64,000 nucleotides of DNA from Amoebophrya sp. A120 (GCA_905178155.1 CAJINV010000005.1:5126256-5190255); one strand, 5' to 3'; shown: positions 49,365 through 61,983, counted from the stretch's first letter. Numbers and translations: made by a program. Notes: generated from the sequence alone by a model not told the origin.

Positions 49365-52300
49365 ATGTTCGCCTCGTCTAGCAATACCCTGATCATGTCT
49401 TCGAATTCCGAAGACGCAGGGCCTCTGCTCGGCCCAAGAAGTTGTACGATGTCCGACACCAGTATGGAAGTGTCAGAATCGAAATCGACAAAATCGAAAA
49501 ATTTGTGATGCGCAAAATCGTAGCCAGTTAGAGCCACAGTTTGGAGTCGGCGCATGACAAATTTTCCCCGTCCTGGAAGCGAGTCTGTCGCGCGGTTTAG
49601 GGCAAAAGAGCTGCCTTCTGTCATGCTAGTCAGCAGCCCAACATTTGACCCTTACCAGGACTATAGTCCTCCTTCCTTGCATCCTCTGCAATAGAGTCGC
49701 TTTCTGTGTAGCATTTCATGCATTACAGATAATCTCGATTTTGACGATTTCGATCCTGACACCCCCATAACCAGTCCTCCATTGAGGCCCGGTTCAAATG
49801 ATCCAGGACCAGGAGTATCCTGAGTAAAATCGTCCCCACCCCATAGTCAAGATGGGGATTTTGCAACACAAACCTGGAAGTCTTGGGACTCATGCATCAC
49901 AAGTTGCAGTCCGTAGTGTAGTGCAGGTTAGCAAAGGCAAACGCATCAGAAATCCACCTGCTTATCCTGGTTACAGCATTACAAATTCCAAAACACGACT
50001 AGAAACTCCTCTCATGGAGATGCCCATTACAAATGGTCCTGTCGTTGCAAATCTGCATGACAACTCTGGGGTGGGGACGTTTTTACAAATGATAAGGAGA
50101 ACCGGACCCTCTTCCCCCTGATTTTTCTTGCACCAGACCAACAGCACATGGTGCTCCCGTAGCCGCAAATGCGAAAAATGCAAAAAGGAAGAACACCAGC
50201 ACGAGCACTAGCAGCTTGGGGGCGGGTACTACTGGTTCTATTTCCTGCAGCGACCCAAGTAGGACATTGATGTCGTCCTCAACATCGTCGACTGGTGCGG
50301 GGTTGAACAATGATAACAAACACCAGCGCATTCTGAATTACCCACTCACGCCGGAAGTTGGGCCAAGGGAAGTTGTGCTCCTAGAAGCTCCAGTGATCGA
50401 GAAATGCGACGTAGGAACAAGACCCGACGGAGAAACGGGCGTGCTGGACCTTGTTGATAGGGAACATCATCATGCCGGTATAATATCTTCAAACCACCGC
50501 GGAGGAGCACAATATAATGGAAATGGAGCATATAAAGGAAATGAGGTTGCGGCAGGACCACGAGGAGCATCTTCTTCAACACATGAGCTGCGGAAGAATA
50601 CGTCTAGTACAACGAGCATAAAAGATCTGTACAACGTAGTTCCAGTAACATCTGTGGATGATAAGCACGACCAGCAGACGAAGACTCGCAAGCCGCGACA
50701 TTCCTGGAGCGTGCACAACTATGACCCGCTCAGGTGTCAACTTGCAGGCTACGTAAACGTTTACAATAGATAAATATGCAAATCTGTGATGCAAAAGGTG
50801 CATGATTTAAGTTAAGTAGCCTACTCGTACTCCTGCAGGAGTGCGCATGACAAGTTCTGGAGTTGTCCCAAACGACCGGACTAGAGTCGGGCGAAATTTG
50901 ATTGTCTTGCAGAAACTGGAACAGGAACGTTGTGCGAGTCTGTCATGCTCGTCATCATGCAATACAAAACGCAGAGGCAGACTCTATTGGAACGCTTGAG
51001 ATTTTTGTAACGTTTGAGAAGGTCATGACAACCTCCGGGATTTTCTTGCTGAAGAGGAAGAAGTGGACTCGGATTCCTACACCCGCATTTATGGCCCGCT
51101 TAAGTTTTGTTAGAATCTGTGATGCAAAAGGTGCATGATCCATCCTCTTCTCACAGGAGTAAGTACGCATGATAAGTTCGAGACGAGTACCAAACCGCAC
51201 CAGAATTATTCGGCTCAATTTGTATTGCAAAAAGCGAAACACAACTACTCTGTGTGTCTCTCATGCTGTTGATCATGCAACACAAAATCCAGACACAGAC
51301 TCTGTGTACTGTAACCACGTCTGAGATTTTTGTAACAGCTGGGCAGGTTATAAAATTCCCACCGCGTTTTTCTCTACTTCTTTGACATCGGAAGATGACG
51401 ATCATGTATGAATTGCAAAAGTATCGTACTCGTAGTCGTATAAATGCATTACAAATTTCCTCAGCATGAGAGATAAAATTTGTGATGCTGATTTACCTTA
51501 AGAGAAAGATTTTTAAATGCATGACTGCAATACGAATACGATTGATACTTTTGCACAGGATATCACGACAAATTCGACGATATTAGTCTTTTTCGCATCT
51601 ACGCTGCCGAGGACCCTCACGCGGCACTCTCCCCCTCTAGCCGAACAGGACATCATAACCCGGCCTCCTCAAGTAGCAGGCAGCAGCGCATGGCTATCCT
51701 ATGTAAAAACGTCCCCAACCCATAGTCAAGATGGGGAATCGGCTAGACAAATCTACAAGTTTTGGCTGCTTTGCATGACAAATTTGGATTTGTAGTGTAG
51801 TGCTGTTTGAGCTAGCTCAGCAGCATCACAGATCTAGTATATCATGCTGATTGAAGTATGACAGATTCCAAAAAACGCCTAAACAATGCTTCTCATGGGG
51901 CTCCGCATGAGAAACATTTTCAGCATGCAGATTTGCATATACAACTATGGGGTGGGGACGTTCTTCAATACGATAATGGCCATGGCGTCCTTGCTCCTGG
52001 ACCGGTGGCGTTTCGAGGTTCTATGACAATGCACAACTCCCCCTCGTCCCCCTCATTTGTCATGCAAAGTACCAATTATCCATCCCTTTCCGTGAAGCAC
52101 TGCTTTGATGACAGGTTCCGGAAGCTGAAACAGGAACAGCACTAGAATCGGTCGCGAATTTGTCATGCAAAAGCTGCATTTATGCCAGCACTTGTGTTGC
52201 TGCTTATGCACTTCAAATGAGGGAAAGGGGGGAGTTCGTTGTGGACTCTCATAGGTTCCGTACGGGACTTACAAACGCATCGCATTGTTTCTCGCCTTGC

Positions 52301-54742
52301 TGGCGAGTGGGTATGTTGTGGTCGTGTTTTTCGCTGGAACAACGTCGAGTGCCCTGGCGTCTGGCGAGCACTATTCGGGAACCTCCGCCGCAGCTTCATC
52401 TTCTAGCCGCAGTGCCGATCATACCAGAGGTGATACATCAACCGGGGAGTACTATGGCGCGGGTGGCGCACATGGCGCGAGTGCGGATAGCACATCATTG
52501 CACGGAATCGCAACGACCGTGGATAGCAGTGCAGGAGGTACAGGGGAGAAAGGGATGCAGGTACACAACAAGAAGGATCTCGCTTGTGTCTCTGCGCACC
52601 GAACAGTTGAAAATCATGCGGATCTTACATAATTTCCCGCCCATGTTCTTCTACAGAACAGCATTAGCCGATGCTGTGGAACCAAAATCAAGAAAAAAAA
52701 TATCAACAGGCCATCTGCTGCGACCTGCGGCAGCTGATTTTCCTCGGTTTCCTGTTAGCGCACCTTGCGTCCCTGCAGGACAAAGTGCGTTTTTATCCCA
52801 ATGCAAAAACGTCCCCACGACCCCAGATCCAAGACAAGGATTCCGCTTCACAGAACCAGCATCTTTTGGCTGTCGCGCATGACAAGTTTGGGCTCGCCGT
52901 TTCATCGCGTTTACGTTTAACTATTGTACTAGCTGCATCACAAATCGATCCCCTTATGCTGCTTCTAGCATGACAAAGTGCCAGACAGCATTACAGGATA
53001 GTACTCATGGGGCTCTGCATGACAAACATTTGAGGCTTGCGGATTTGCACGACAGCTCTGGGGAGGCCGCGGGGACGTTTTTGCTCTGGATAGCTTCGAG
53101 TACTTGTTCAAGTTTTCCGAGAAAAAGCCGCGGGGCTACATTTTCGTGTGCATCTTTTATGAACTGCAAAAGTATCTGATACTCGTACTGCAATCATGCA
53201 TTACAAATCTTTTTCTTGAGGTAAATCCGGATTACAAATTTTATTTCTCATGCTGTAATTTGTAATGCATTTATACGAGTACTACGAGGATACTCTTGCA
53301 GTTCATATCTTTTTTCTCACGGCAACTGACTTTTTCACCAAGATGTACGACAAGCTCTTCAGTGGTATCAAATGCGAAAATGTCTGGGCCTGGAAGAATG
53401 CATGTTTGTCATGCTTGTATGGCATGACTCTTAAATCTGTCATGCGCCTTACCTAATAGCCCCATTCTTCTGTCATGCAGAAACGCAGTTTGTCATGCAG
53501 AATAGGCAACACCTAGGTAGAAGCTCAAAAACTTGTCATGCTGAGCCAGCATTTGTGGCCTCCTCATGATACGCCACCCAGCGTCACAAGTTTCCAGACC
53601 CAGACATATTTGCAATGCATAAGTGGCGTCTTCGGACTAATTTTCTCGATACTCCACTCCGTCGCCCGGTTCTGCCTCCCCGGGTTTATCGTTCGAACTT
53701 TTTCATCTTCTTCTTCAAGCACCTCGGCTGAACAAGAAGCATCCTCGCACGCTGGTGTTTCAAAGTCAGAGCACCTCCGTGAAGATGGACAACAACCCAC
53801 TTTACTGGTTTTACTCTGCGCCGCACCGTTGATCCTGTGGCACATCTACATTGCGCGGAAAGCAACGACGAAGACCGGATTTCTGTGCTATTTGATGTGG
53901 AAGTGCTTCTTCGTTCTGGTGATCGTGTTGCCAAAGACCATATGCATTGCAAATATGTCTGGGTCTGGAAGGTGGTAACTTGTCATGGTAAATCTGAAGC
54001 ATGCAAAAGTCTGTGTTGCATGAGTGCTAAAAGCAGCTGTCCACTTTCGACCAAGTTGGGAGGGAGTTTCTCATGCAGGATAGGCATGGCGGAGACCTCG
54101 CAGAGTCTGTCACGCTAAGTCCCGCATTCCAGACCTCATGGGTCATGGAAAATTTGCATGACAAGTTTACACTCTTCCAGACCCAGACATATTTGCAAGG
54201 CATAGACCAATTTTCTGGAGTCGATCGGGTTTCTCCTGGCGCTCTTCGTATGCATTGCAAAAGTATCGTATTCGTATAATTGCATTACAAATTCTTTCAG
54301 CATGAGAAATAAAATTTGTAATGCGGATTTAGCTTGAGAACAAGATTTGTAATGCATGTTTGCAATTGCTACGAGCACGATACTTTTGCACAGGATACTT
54401 CGGCGAGTACAACCATCCCTTGTCCGTAATCAGTCTGGCGTTTGGCTGCGGGTTGTGGGTTATCAAATGCAAATAGGTCTGGGTCTGGAAGGATGCAAGA
54501 TAGATTCCTAAATCTGTAATGCATGAGCAGGAAGGCAGCCTCGTACCTGTCATGCAAAAATGCAGTTTGTCATGCGGGAAGCGAAACATATAGGACCTCA
54601 GAAACTTGTCATGTGTGGCTGCGTAACGCAGTGCACCCATCATTCACAAACTGGCATCACAAGTTTCCAGACCCAGACATATTTGCAGTCCATATGGGTC
54701 CGGGGCTTGGGCATTTACAGGACCGACCACTTACTGTATTGA
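49365..54742 (+). CDS. Hypothetical multi-pass membrane protein (~638 aa) with disordered N-terminus; 13 introners plus GT-AG intron 52561-52778
   Basis: Spliced length 1917 nt in one frame; several hydrophobic helices (IALFLALLASGYVVVVFF, YIFVCIFFL, LLVLLCAAPLILWHIYI, GFLCYLMWKCFFVLVIVL). Confidence 0.75.
49463..49769. mobile_element. Introner family E (absent in array paralog)
   Basis: TIR; DR ACCAG. Confidence 0.9.
49816..50094. mobile_element. Introner family B (absent in array paralog)
   Basis: TIR; DR AGGAG. Confidence 0.9.
50720..51027. mobile_element. Introner family I
   Basis: TIR; DR ACAAC. Confidence 0.87.
51090..51352. mobile_element. Introner family I
   Basis: TIR; DR GCATT/AAATT. 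Confidence 0.87.
51407..51562. mobile_element. Introner family C (absent in array paralog)
   Basis: TIR; DR TCATG/TCACG. Confidence 0.9.
51695..51975. mobile_element. Introner family B
   Basis: TIR; DR ATGGC. Confidence 0.9.
52022..52253. mobile_element. Introner family D
   Basis: TIR; DR GGTTC. Confidence 0.9.
52794..53092. mobile_element. Introner family B
   Basis: TIR; DR GTTTT/GCTTC. Confidence 0.85.
53158..53307. mobile_element. Introner family C
   Basis: TIR; DR TCTTT. Confidence 0.88.
53366..53621. mobile_element. Introner family A
   Basis: TIR; DR AGTGG. Confidence 0.9.
53941..54204. mobile_element. Introner family A
   Basis: TIR; DR GACCA. Confidence 0.9.
54249..54397. mobile_element. 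Introner family C
   Basis: TIR; DR CTTCG. Confidence 0.9.
54461..54694. mobile_element. Introner family A
   Basis: TIR; DR TGGGT. Confidence 0.9.
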
Positions 54743-55653
54743 ATGGCGATGGTGCAGCTGCAGCAGCTGGACCGAATCGAGAAGTGGAGCACAAAATTGC
54801 TGTTCTTGGTGGACGAGGGAAAATCTTCTCGGGTCAGAAAGAAACTTCTTCTTCAGGAGCAACGACGTGCTGAATAAAGATGCGAGCGCAACATGTCACT
54901 GACATTGTCAGTTCCCTGGACGTCGATTTAGCACGACTAACGTGTTACAACGCCTGGACCTCATTGGTAATTAGAAGGGTGTGGTTGTAAATGTTCTACG
55001 AGACGGAGACATGTTTTTCTTTTTTCTCGATGGAGTTGATTATGATTTCAAATTTGCTTTTCCGCACCCTCAAACTCGCTGAGAAATAAGCGCAAGAAAG
55101 AACCCGAAGAGGTCATCAAGAAGAAATGTATTGTCCTGCTGGTGTATATTCGAGGAGGGAAAAAAACAAGAACTCTCGTAGCTTACACCGACATCTTCAC
55201 ACGTCACACGACGACCTGGCGCTCTTTGAGTCAGAGATTGAAGAAGTAGAGTGCGGCGACTTTTGTTTTTGCAAACAGGACGAGAGCTAAGGCTAACCGC
55301 AGCTTTCGTGTGGATACAAACGAACAAATTAACGGCCTACTTCGAACGACGTCGTGATAAAATCTTTCGTGTGGATTTGTTTTTGTTTAGTACTGTACCT
55401 CCTGCGGTTAGTTTACGAACTACCCCTTCATATCTTTCCGTTAAGACTTAATGCAACAACGCTTTGGAAGTCGATAGTTCGACAAAGAAAAAGACTAGCA
55501 TGTTGTGCCGGTGCACTCCCACTCCGCCCGCGCCTCCTCCTGGTCTCCAGCAATTGAGGTAGAGTGTGCAGCGCAGAACTGCTAGTAGACCCCAACTGCA
55601 GAACCTCTTGGAGGTCCGTTTGAATAAAGTAGGACGAGAGCCAGCTAACAACT

Positions 55654-58600
55654 ATGGGCGAGCGGCAGCAGCGGATCCGGGATCCGCGGTCGGTGCCGCT
55701 CACAGGGGTGGTTGTTCCAAGCGGGGAAGGAAATCAGCAGGACTCTGTGGCGGCGAGGACATCCGGTGAAAGTAAACTAGCAAACGTCGACGATTCCTTG
55801 CCGCCGAAGAGAAAAGTATATCTCGTTTTATTTAAGTGTTGTGCAGGTACTATGTGAATGTGCATGAGCATGTGGCAGAAAAAAGAGATGAAAAGAAATG
55901 TTGATGCAATAAATGCGTTCACATCTTCCACACCCAGTTGCCACATTTGTACTAAACGCAGAAACATTTATTTCGCCACAGGTGATTTTGATCACTCTCG
56001 CCATGTTCTCTGGGTACGCTGCGACTATGCATTGCAAATATGTCTGGGTCTGGAAGGATGCAAGGTTTGTCATGCTTTTCTGGCATGACTGAAGAGTTTG
56101 TGATGTGTGTCCAAGAAGACACACTTTCGTTTGTTATGCAAAACGCAGCTTGGCATGCGGAAAGCGCAACACTAAGCAGCGCAAATATTTGTCATGCTTG
56201 GCTGTGCATTACAGAGAGTTCACTACTCGCAACTCAGCATTACAAGTTTCCAGACCCAGACATATTTGCAATCCATAGCGACCGTGACGATGCAACACGA
56301 GCTGCAACTGCACTTGAAAATTCCCAACGACCCAAATTCACCCGAGAAAAAAGCCTTCACGATCGCCGTTACCTGCCAATACCTGGGCAACCTGATTTTC
56401 CGGCTGGGGCACAACGTCTTCTACTGTTTGTCCGCCAGTCAGCGGGTGTCGCTCTCCCAACTGGCTATGATGGTGGCCATGTCCTTGATTCTCCTCCTCT
56501 TCTACTATCCGATCAGTAGCTTCGTGCTGCTCTCGCCCCTGTATCATGAGTAAAAACGGCCCCACCCCATAGTCAAGATGGGAAATTTGCTACAGAAATT
56601 GCTAAGCTTTGACTGGCGCGCATGACAAATTTTTGGGGCTCGCAATTTATAGTCGTTTTGAGCTAGTGCAGCAGCGTTACAGATCCACCTTGTGATGCTG
56701 AGTCGAGCATGACAAACACAAATCTTAAATCACCACTAGAAAACGCCTCTCATGTTGGGTCTCCGCATAAGAAACATTTTAAAAAGCATGCGGATTTGCA
56801 TTACAACTTTGCGGTGGGGACGTTTTTGTACAGGATACCCTGTCCATCGTGATTATCGCGTACTTGCTCTCCGGTTTGGCCATCGGGACGTTTGAATCCA
56901 ACTGCATGGCGAGTCTGGCGATTCTAGGACCGATATCACCTGCAACTATGTTTGGGTCTGGAAGAAAGCGGACACTTTTCATGCATATTTTGCATCCGCA
57001 GGAGGGTCTATCATGCGTGCAGAGCAGGTGCATGACAAATGGCACTTCTACTCTGCATGAGAAGTGCTCTCTCCTGGACGCAAAACCACACATGACTCAC
57101 TGACTATGCAAGTCAGAGTTCCTTTTTTTTCTTTCAAAATGAGCATGACATCCTCCCAGACCCAGACATGTTTGCAATGCATAACCGAACACGAAGCTGT
57201 GGGCGGTGATTGGCTTGCCGTTGGGCTTCAACATTATCTCCGTCGGGGGAATGGCGCTGCTGTCTTTCGGCATGCCGCGGTACGGCGTGTATCTGTTTGT
57301 TCTGGTGATGAACTTCTTCGGTTTCTTACTGTACAAGTGCGGACTGCCGAAGGGGGTGCACATCGACAGAAGTGTAGTTCTTGTTCCCAATACGATTACG
57401 AGCAGCACTGGAGATCATGACCATGCCACCAATTTCGTCGAGAGCGCAGTACCAACATCTTCGTATGCGGTAAGAACTACTGGTGCACGTGAAGACCAGT
57501 CAGCAATGGGAAACCGGCAACAGGATCATGGTGCTCATATCACGACCGAAGTTGCAGCGGCCAGGACCACTACTTCTTCCCCTGTGGATTTGGAAGCCGT
57601 GCCAGGTGCTGGGGTGGTATTACAATGAAAAATGCCACCACCCCAACATATTCAAAAGACAATTTGTGTTGCTGGATTTGTGTACACAAATGATCTTTGT
57701 ATTGCAGCAAGAACTTCTTGTCAACCTATTCTAAGCCCATTTGGGTACGCATCCGGCTAGCAGCTCCTGAGCATGAGAAACAGGTCTGACGTAGGCGAAA
57801 ACGCATGACAGACTCGCTGCACAGTGCGCCACATGGGTGCCGGTTGCCTTGTGCGCAAGGCAAAGCTGATTTGTGTTCACAAATCAGCATCACAAATTCC
57901 TTTTCGATATGGGGAGTGGGGATTTTTCCTTACGATAGGCGGTCCGCTTTAACGACGCAGTGATAAGTCGGAGAAGTGGTGCTGGGTGTTGTGGCAAAGC
58001 AGTGCGGCAGGGGATAAGAAGTACTTACTTACTACTTTTTTCAGCATCTGTCGCAAATAAAGTTTCATTTTGTCACACGATATTATGGCCATTTTGTACT
58101 TCGCCACCTTCCGTCTGGCGATCAAACATTCTTGCAATTATTTGAAGACCACACAAAAACATCTCTCTCCACCGCAGGTCTGTGCAACTATCTCCCAAAA
58201 GTTCTCCCGCACTCCCTCGCGCTTCTCGTGGCCATGTTTGGCGTATGACAGGGCACAACTCGTCCCCCTCGTTCTCATTTCTCATGCAAAATACCAACTC
58301 CACGCTTTATTCCCTCCTGTCACTATTATGCATGACAAGTTCAGGTAGCCTAAGAAAATAGCACTACACTCCAGTGCAAATTTGTCATGCAAGAAAACCG
58401 GCATGCTTGCTGATGTGTTTCTTGCCGTTCATGCTATACAAATGAGGGGCACGAGGGAAAGTTGTGCACTGTCATATGGCGTCGCTTCCTGCACTGGGAT
58501 TACCACGAACATTTTTAGCGGAAAGAAGGTCCCTAGGCAAGAAAAAAACTGTGTAAGTGTAAGTCTGTGATGCAAAGGTATGTAACACAATTATCACTTG

Positions 58601-59925
58601 TCATGCTACCAACCATGAAGTCCTATTTCATTTGTTTTTTCACTTACTAGCTGCGCATGACAGGTCTTGTCATGCAGAACAGATTTGTCGTGCCGTCACC
58701 TCAAGACACCTACACTAACACAGCTTTTTTTTTTTGGATAGTCCCGCTGTTCGCCGACACTCCCGACTCCGCTTTTCTCATCGACCAGCACTTATTTTTG
58801 TCCATCCTGAACGCGTTTGTGTTCCTGGGCGACAGTATTGCAATGAAAAATGTCCGCCCCACGACCCGAGTAGAACTTGGCAGCATTTGTATTGCAAACC
58901 TCTCCCGTGGAAATAGTTGCCATCTTGCATGTATCAGCATCATAAATTTTATTCAATGCTGAACAGCTGAAATTTCAATTTGCGTTGCAAAGGAACGCAG
59001 CAAGAACTCGCCGGCCCTGTGATGCAAAACATGCCTAGCGCAGTCTAAGTTCTGCTGCACCAGAAAGACTCTTAGTCCTTTCATGCATAGATAAAAAGTT
59101 TTTCACTTGAAAACCTTATATGCATCAGAAAATTTTTTTGCTGCAACTATGAGGGTCCTCGTGCGGGCGCTTTCCATTGTGACAGAGAGCGTAAGCAGAA
59201 AGATCGCCTACTTGATCCCCGCGTTTCCGAAAACAACGAGTGCGGAAGTAGAAACTGGCGCAGAAGAAAATCCTGTGGCATCGATGTCAACATCAAGACG
59301 GATAAATCGGAAGATTTTTCTGCGGCAAATCATCCTCCTGCTTTTCTTCAACGTGTTCTGCACTCTCTCCGGGCTGTATTTTCTCTCCCTGAAAATGGGC
59401 TTCTTCGCGATTATCGGAGCTTTCCTGATTTTCTACGGTAACGTATCCTGAGAGACAACGTCCCCACCTCATAGTCAAGAAATGGGAAGTTTGCAGCTAC
59501 ACAAACCAACAGCGTTTGGCTGTTGCGCGTGTCAAATTCGTGCTCGCAGCGTGAGATTACGTAGCTATTGAAGCTGCATCACAATTTGATCCTTTCTATT
59601 CTGATAATTTTAATTGTAGTATGACAAACTGCCAGACAGCACGAAGAAATGCTTATCATGAGAAGCATTTGAGGCTTGCAGATTTCTTTGCATGGCAAGA
59701 ATTCTGGGGCAGGGGCGCCTTTACATCGGATACAACGGCTCAGTCTACGCGACGACCACCCGGTTTGTCGACAAGCAACTCGCTATGGAGTTTCACGTTC
59801 GGGCACTGTCCGTCTGGCTTTTCGTCGGCGATTTGGGGAGCGTTTCCGGGAGTAGTTTGACGGATGTGTTTCATCGGCACTTGTGCGGCTGCGGGAGTGT
59901 GAAGCACTACTGGATTTGCAAGTGA
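55654..59925 (+). CDS. CLN3/BTN1 (battenin)-like MFS-fold transporter, ~570 aa; 8 introners plus GT-AG introns 55816-55981 and 58021-58177
   Basis: Spliced length 1713 nt; many TM helices; motifs AMFSGYA, YLGNLIFRLGHN, GLAIGTFESN, LGPNTKLWA, FLGDSVSRKIAY, NGSVYATTTRFVD, SVWLFVGDLGSV. Family assignment is from recalled resemblance only. Confidence 0.65.
56026..56277. mobile_element. Introner family A
   Basis: TIR; DR GCGAC. Confidence 0.92.
56542..56837. mobile_element. Introner family B
   Basis: TIR; DR CCCTG. Confidence 0.9.
56934..57183. mobile_element. Introner family A
   Basis: TIR; DR ACCGA. Confidence 0.88.
57618..57937. mobile_element. Introner family F
   Basis: TIR; DR GGTGG/GGCGG. 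Confidence 0.85.
58244..58476. mobile_element. Introner family D
   Basis: TIR; DR TGGCG; inverted relative to 19623. Confidence 0.9.
58534..58740. mobile_element. Introner family H
   Basis: TIR; DR GTCCC. Confidence 0.88.
58836..59184. mobile_element. Introner, family F-like
   Basis: TATTGCAATGAAAAATG / TTTCCATTGTGACA; DR GACAG/GAGAG. Confidence 0.8.
59444..59732. mobile_element. Introner family B
   Basis: TIR; DR TAACG/CAACG. Confidence 0.85.
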
Positions 59926-60924
59926 TCGATGTTGTTGTGCGTCGAAGCCTGATCTGGGAAAGAAATGCTCACAACCGCGAGCTCATCCGCGAAGGCGAAC
60001 TCATGATTTAAACTCGCCACACCCTGTTTTAAGTATCTGTCTCAGACAGAGTGAGCTGCTTTGACTCTTCGAAGATCCCAATGTTCTTGCGTGGTCGTGC
60101 CTACGTTATGCTGGTATGTTGATATGTCAGCACCGGAGGTGTAAGTGCTTTTACAAAAGTTTCGCACTGTAAGATTTTTCAACGCTCCGGATGGCGTTCA
60201 TGATTCGCCCACCGTTGTAGTGTCAGGACGATCGTCATGATGATCCTGCTGCTGCTCACAGGTGTGAGTCTTGTTCTCCTCTCGCCTCGATCATCTATAT
60301 TTTTGTCTACATCAACATCTTCATGCCCCAATGGCGGCGACAGATTATCTTTTACAAACAGAAACATAAAAGGTGCCTCCCGTTCTCCCCTCTGAGCGAG
60401 ATCATGGAGAGCTAGCAGAGGAGCGACTGAATTTCAGGGTTGTTTTTCTGTTCTTGGTCTGCTGGTAGTCGTAGTTGTCGTGAACCGATGTCTTCATTAT
60501 AATCGCCGTCAGTAGGTACCACCGGCCTCAAACCTTTTTCTATTAGGTGAGCTTCGTCAATCTTCTGAAATAAAGAGGATCTGTGCACCAGCGGCCTTGG
60601 AGAGAAGGTAAGAGGAGTGAGAAAGGGATAGGGGTCGTGAATCATCTTAGCAAGAAGACCGAAAATATTGCACGTATAGTAAAGCGAAACCTGCTCGGTG
60701 GCGTCATGATAAGCAAACTGGACGACGTTTAGAAGACGGGGCTAAGTACACAAAAACTGAAATATGCAAATGAGATGACGGCAGTGATGCATTACTTTAG
60801 ATAGAAATTCCAATTCTTCCAGAATTCGGTTACCGAGCCGATCACCTTTCTCAATTGAAACAACTGGTCAACATAGGAAACAAATAGTCGTTGGATTGGT
60901 ATCAAGCTAAGTTTTGATAATTTC

Positions 60925-61927
60925 TATGGCGTTCTCAATTGACAAATCATATTATACAGTTAAGAATGTAACATTTGAAATGTTACATTCTTAACTGTAT
61001 AATATGATTTGTCATGCAAAATGACCATGATCCGCAAGACGATCAAGCGGCTTCGCATGACAAATCATCGAATGGCTAAACAGCATCCAAATCCGTGCCA
61101 AATTTGTGATGCAAGACTTGCAAGCTTTCCCCTTTCCCTATTGCTGTTTTTGTATGTAGTGAGGTCACCGAACGGTTCTAACCTGGCAGTTTTCTTGACA
61201 TGAAGCGCCAAAAACGGCCGGCAGTTTTCAAGCCTATAGAGAGTTTTTTTCCCTGAAAAAGTTCGCAGCGTGCAAGCCTGTTTGGCTTTGTTATCAACGA
61301 ATCTCCGGCGGATTCTATCGCTCGCCGCTGGATAAAACGACGCAAGGGAGCCGGCAAAAGGGGCGCCCTTCTGAGGCGCCCACCGCCTTAGTTTCTGGCG
61401 ATTTGAGGCGCCCAAAAGGGCGCCCCAAAAAAACGAGCCCAAAATCAGAACAGCGAAACCGCATGGCACGGCCTCGATTTCGGAGCATTTTGGGCGGCCG
61501 CGAAAGCGGCCGCCTTTTCGCCGGTTTCAGAGCCTGGGAAGCTTTGCAAAAAGCGCCGGCGCGAAAAATAAAAACGCAAAAAAGAAAAAGCGCGCGAGAC
61601 GCGCGAAGCCAATCCGCATGCTATGGGCCCTATTTTTCTTTGGTTTTTGGGCGCCCCCCGTGGCGCCCGGATCGGCCCCATAGCGTCGGGGCTGGCTTCC
61701 GGACAGGAATTTCGGAAATTTGCCAAAAATCTGACATGTTTTTCAACCGGCCGCCATGCCGTGCGGCATAACCTTACCCACGGCGGCACGGCGGGCCCAG
61801 AAAAAGCAAAGCCGTGGCCAAGGCAACGGCCGGCAAGAAAACGCCACCGACCTCACTACCTCCGCCCCGGCGGCTATCATGACAAATCCATGTAACAGTT
61901 GAGAATGTAACAGTTGAGAGCGCCATA
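60925..61927. mobile_element. Long (~1 kb) family G element with GC-rich interior
   Basis: TATGGCGTTCTCAA...TTGAGAGCGCCATA; DR ATTTC/ATTTT; same TIR as 30293. Confidence 0.85.
60940..61014. repeat. Perfect palindrome, 37-bp arms, 1-nt loop
   Basis: TGACAAATCATATTATACAGTTAAGAATGTAACATTT-G-AAATGTTACATTCTTAACTGTATAATATGATTTGTCA. Confidence 0.95.
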
Positions 61928-61983
61928 ATTTTCGTTTGCCTTTGACCAGACTCGCCTTTGACGAGTTGTTCTCCACCTGCAAA

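Noticed and set aside
53158-54694. Repeat / short unique / repeat pattern resembling a CRISPR array
   Set aside because: The repeats are inverted, belong to different families, and the 'spacers' are in-frame exons. No cas genes are present and the context is eukaryotic.
61065-61982. ORFs inside the 1-kb element as a possible transposase
   Set aside because: They are short, low-complexity, overlap on both strands and show no DDE or HUH motif context.
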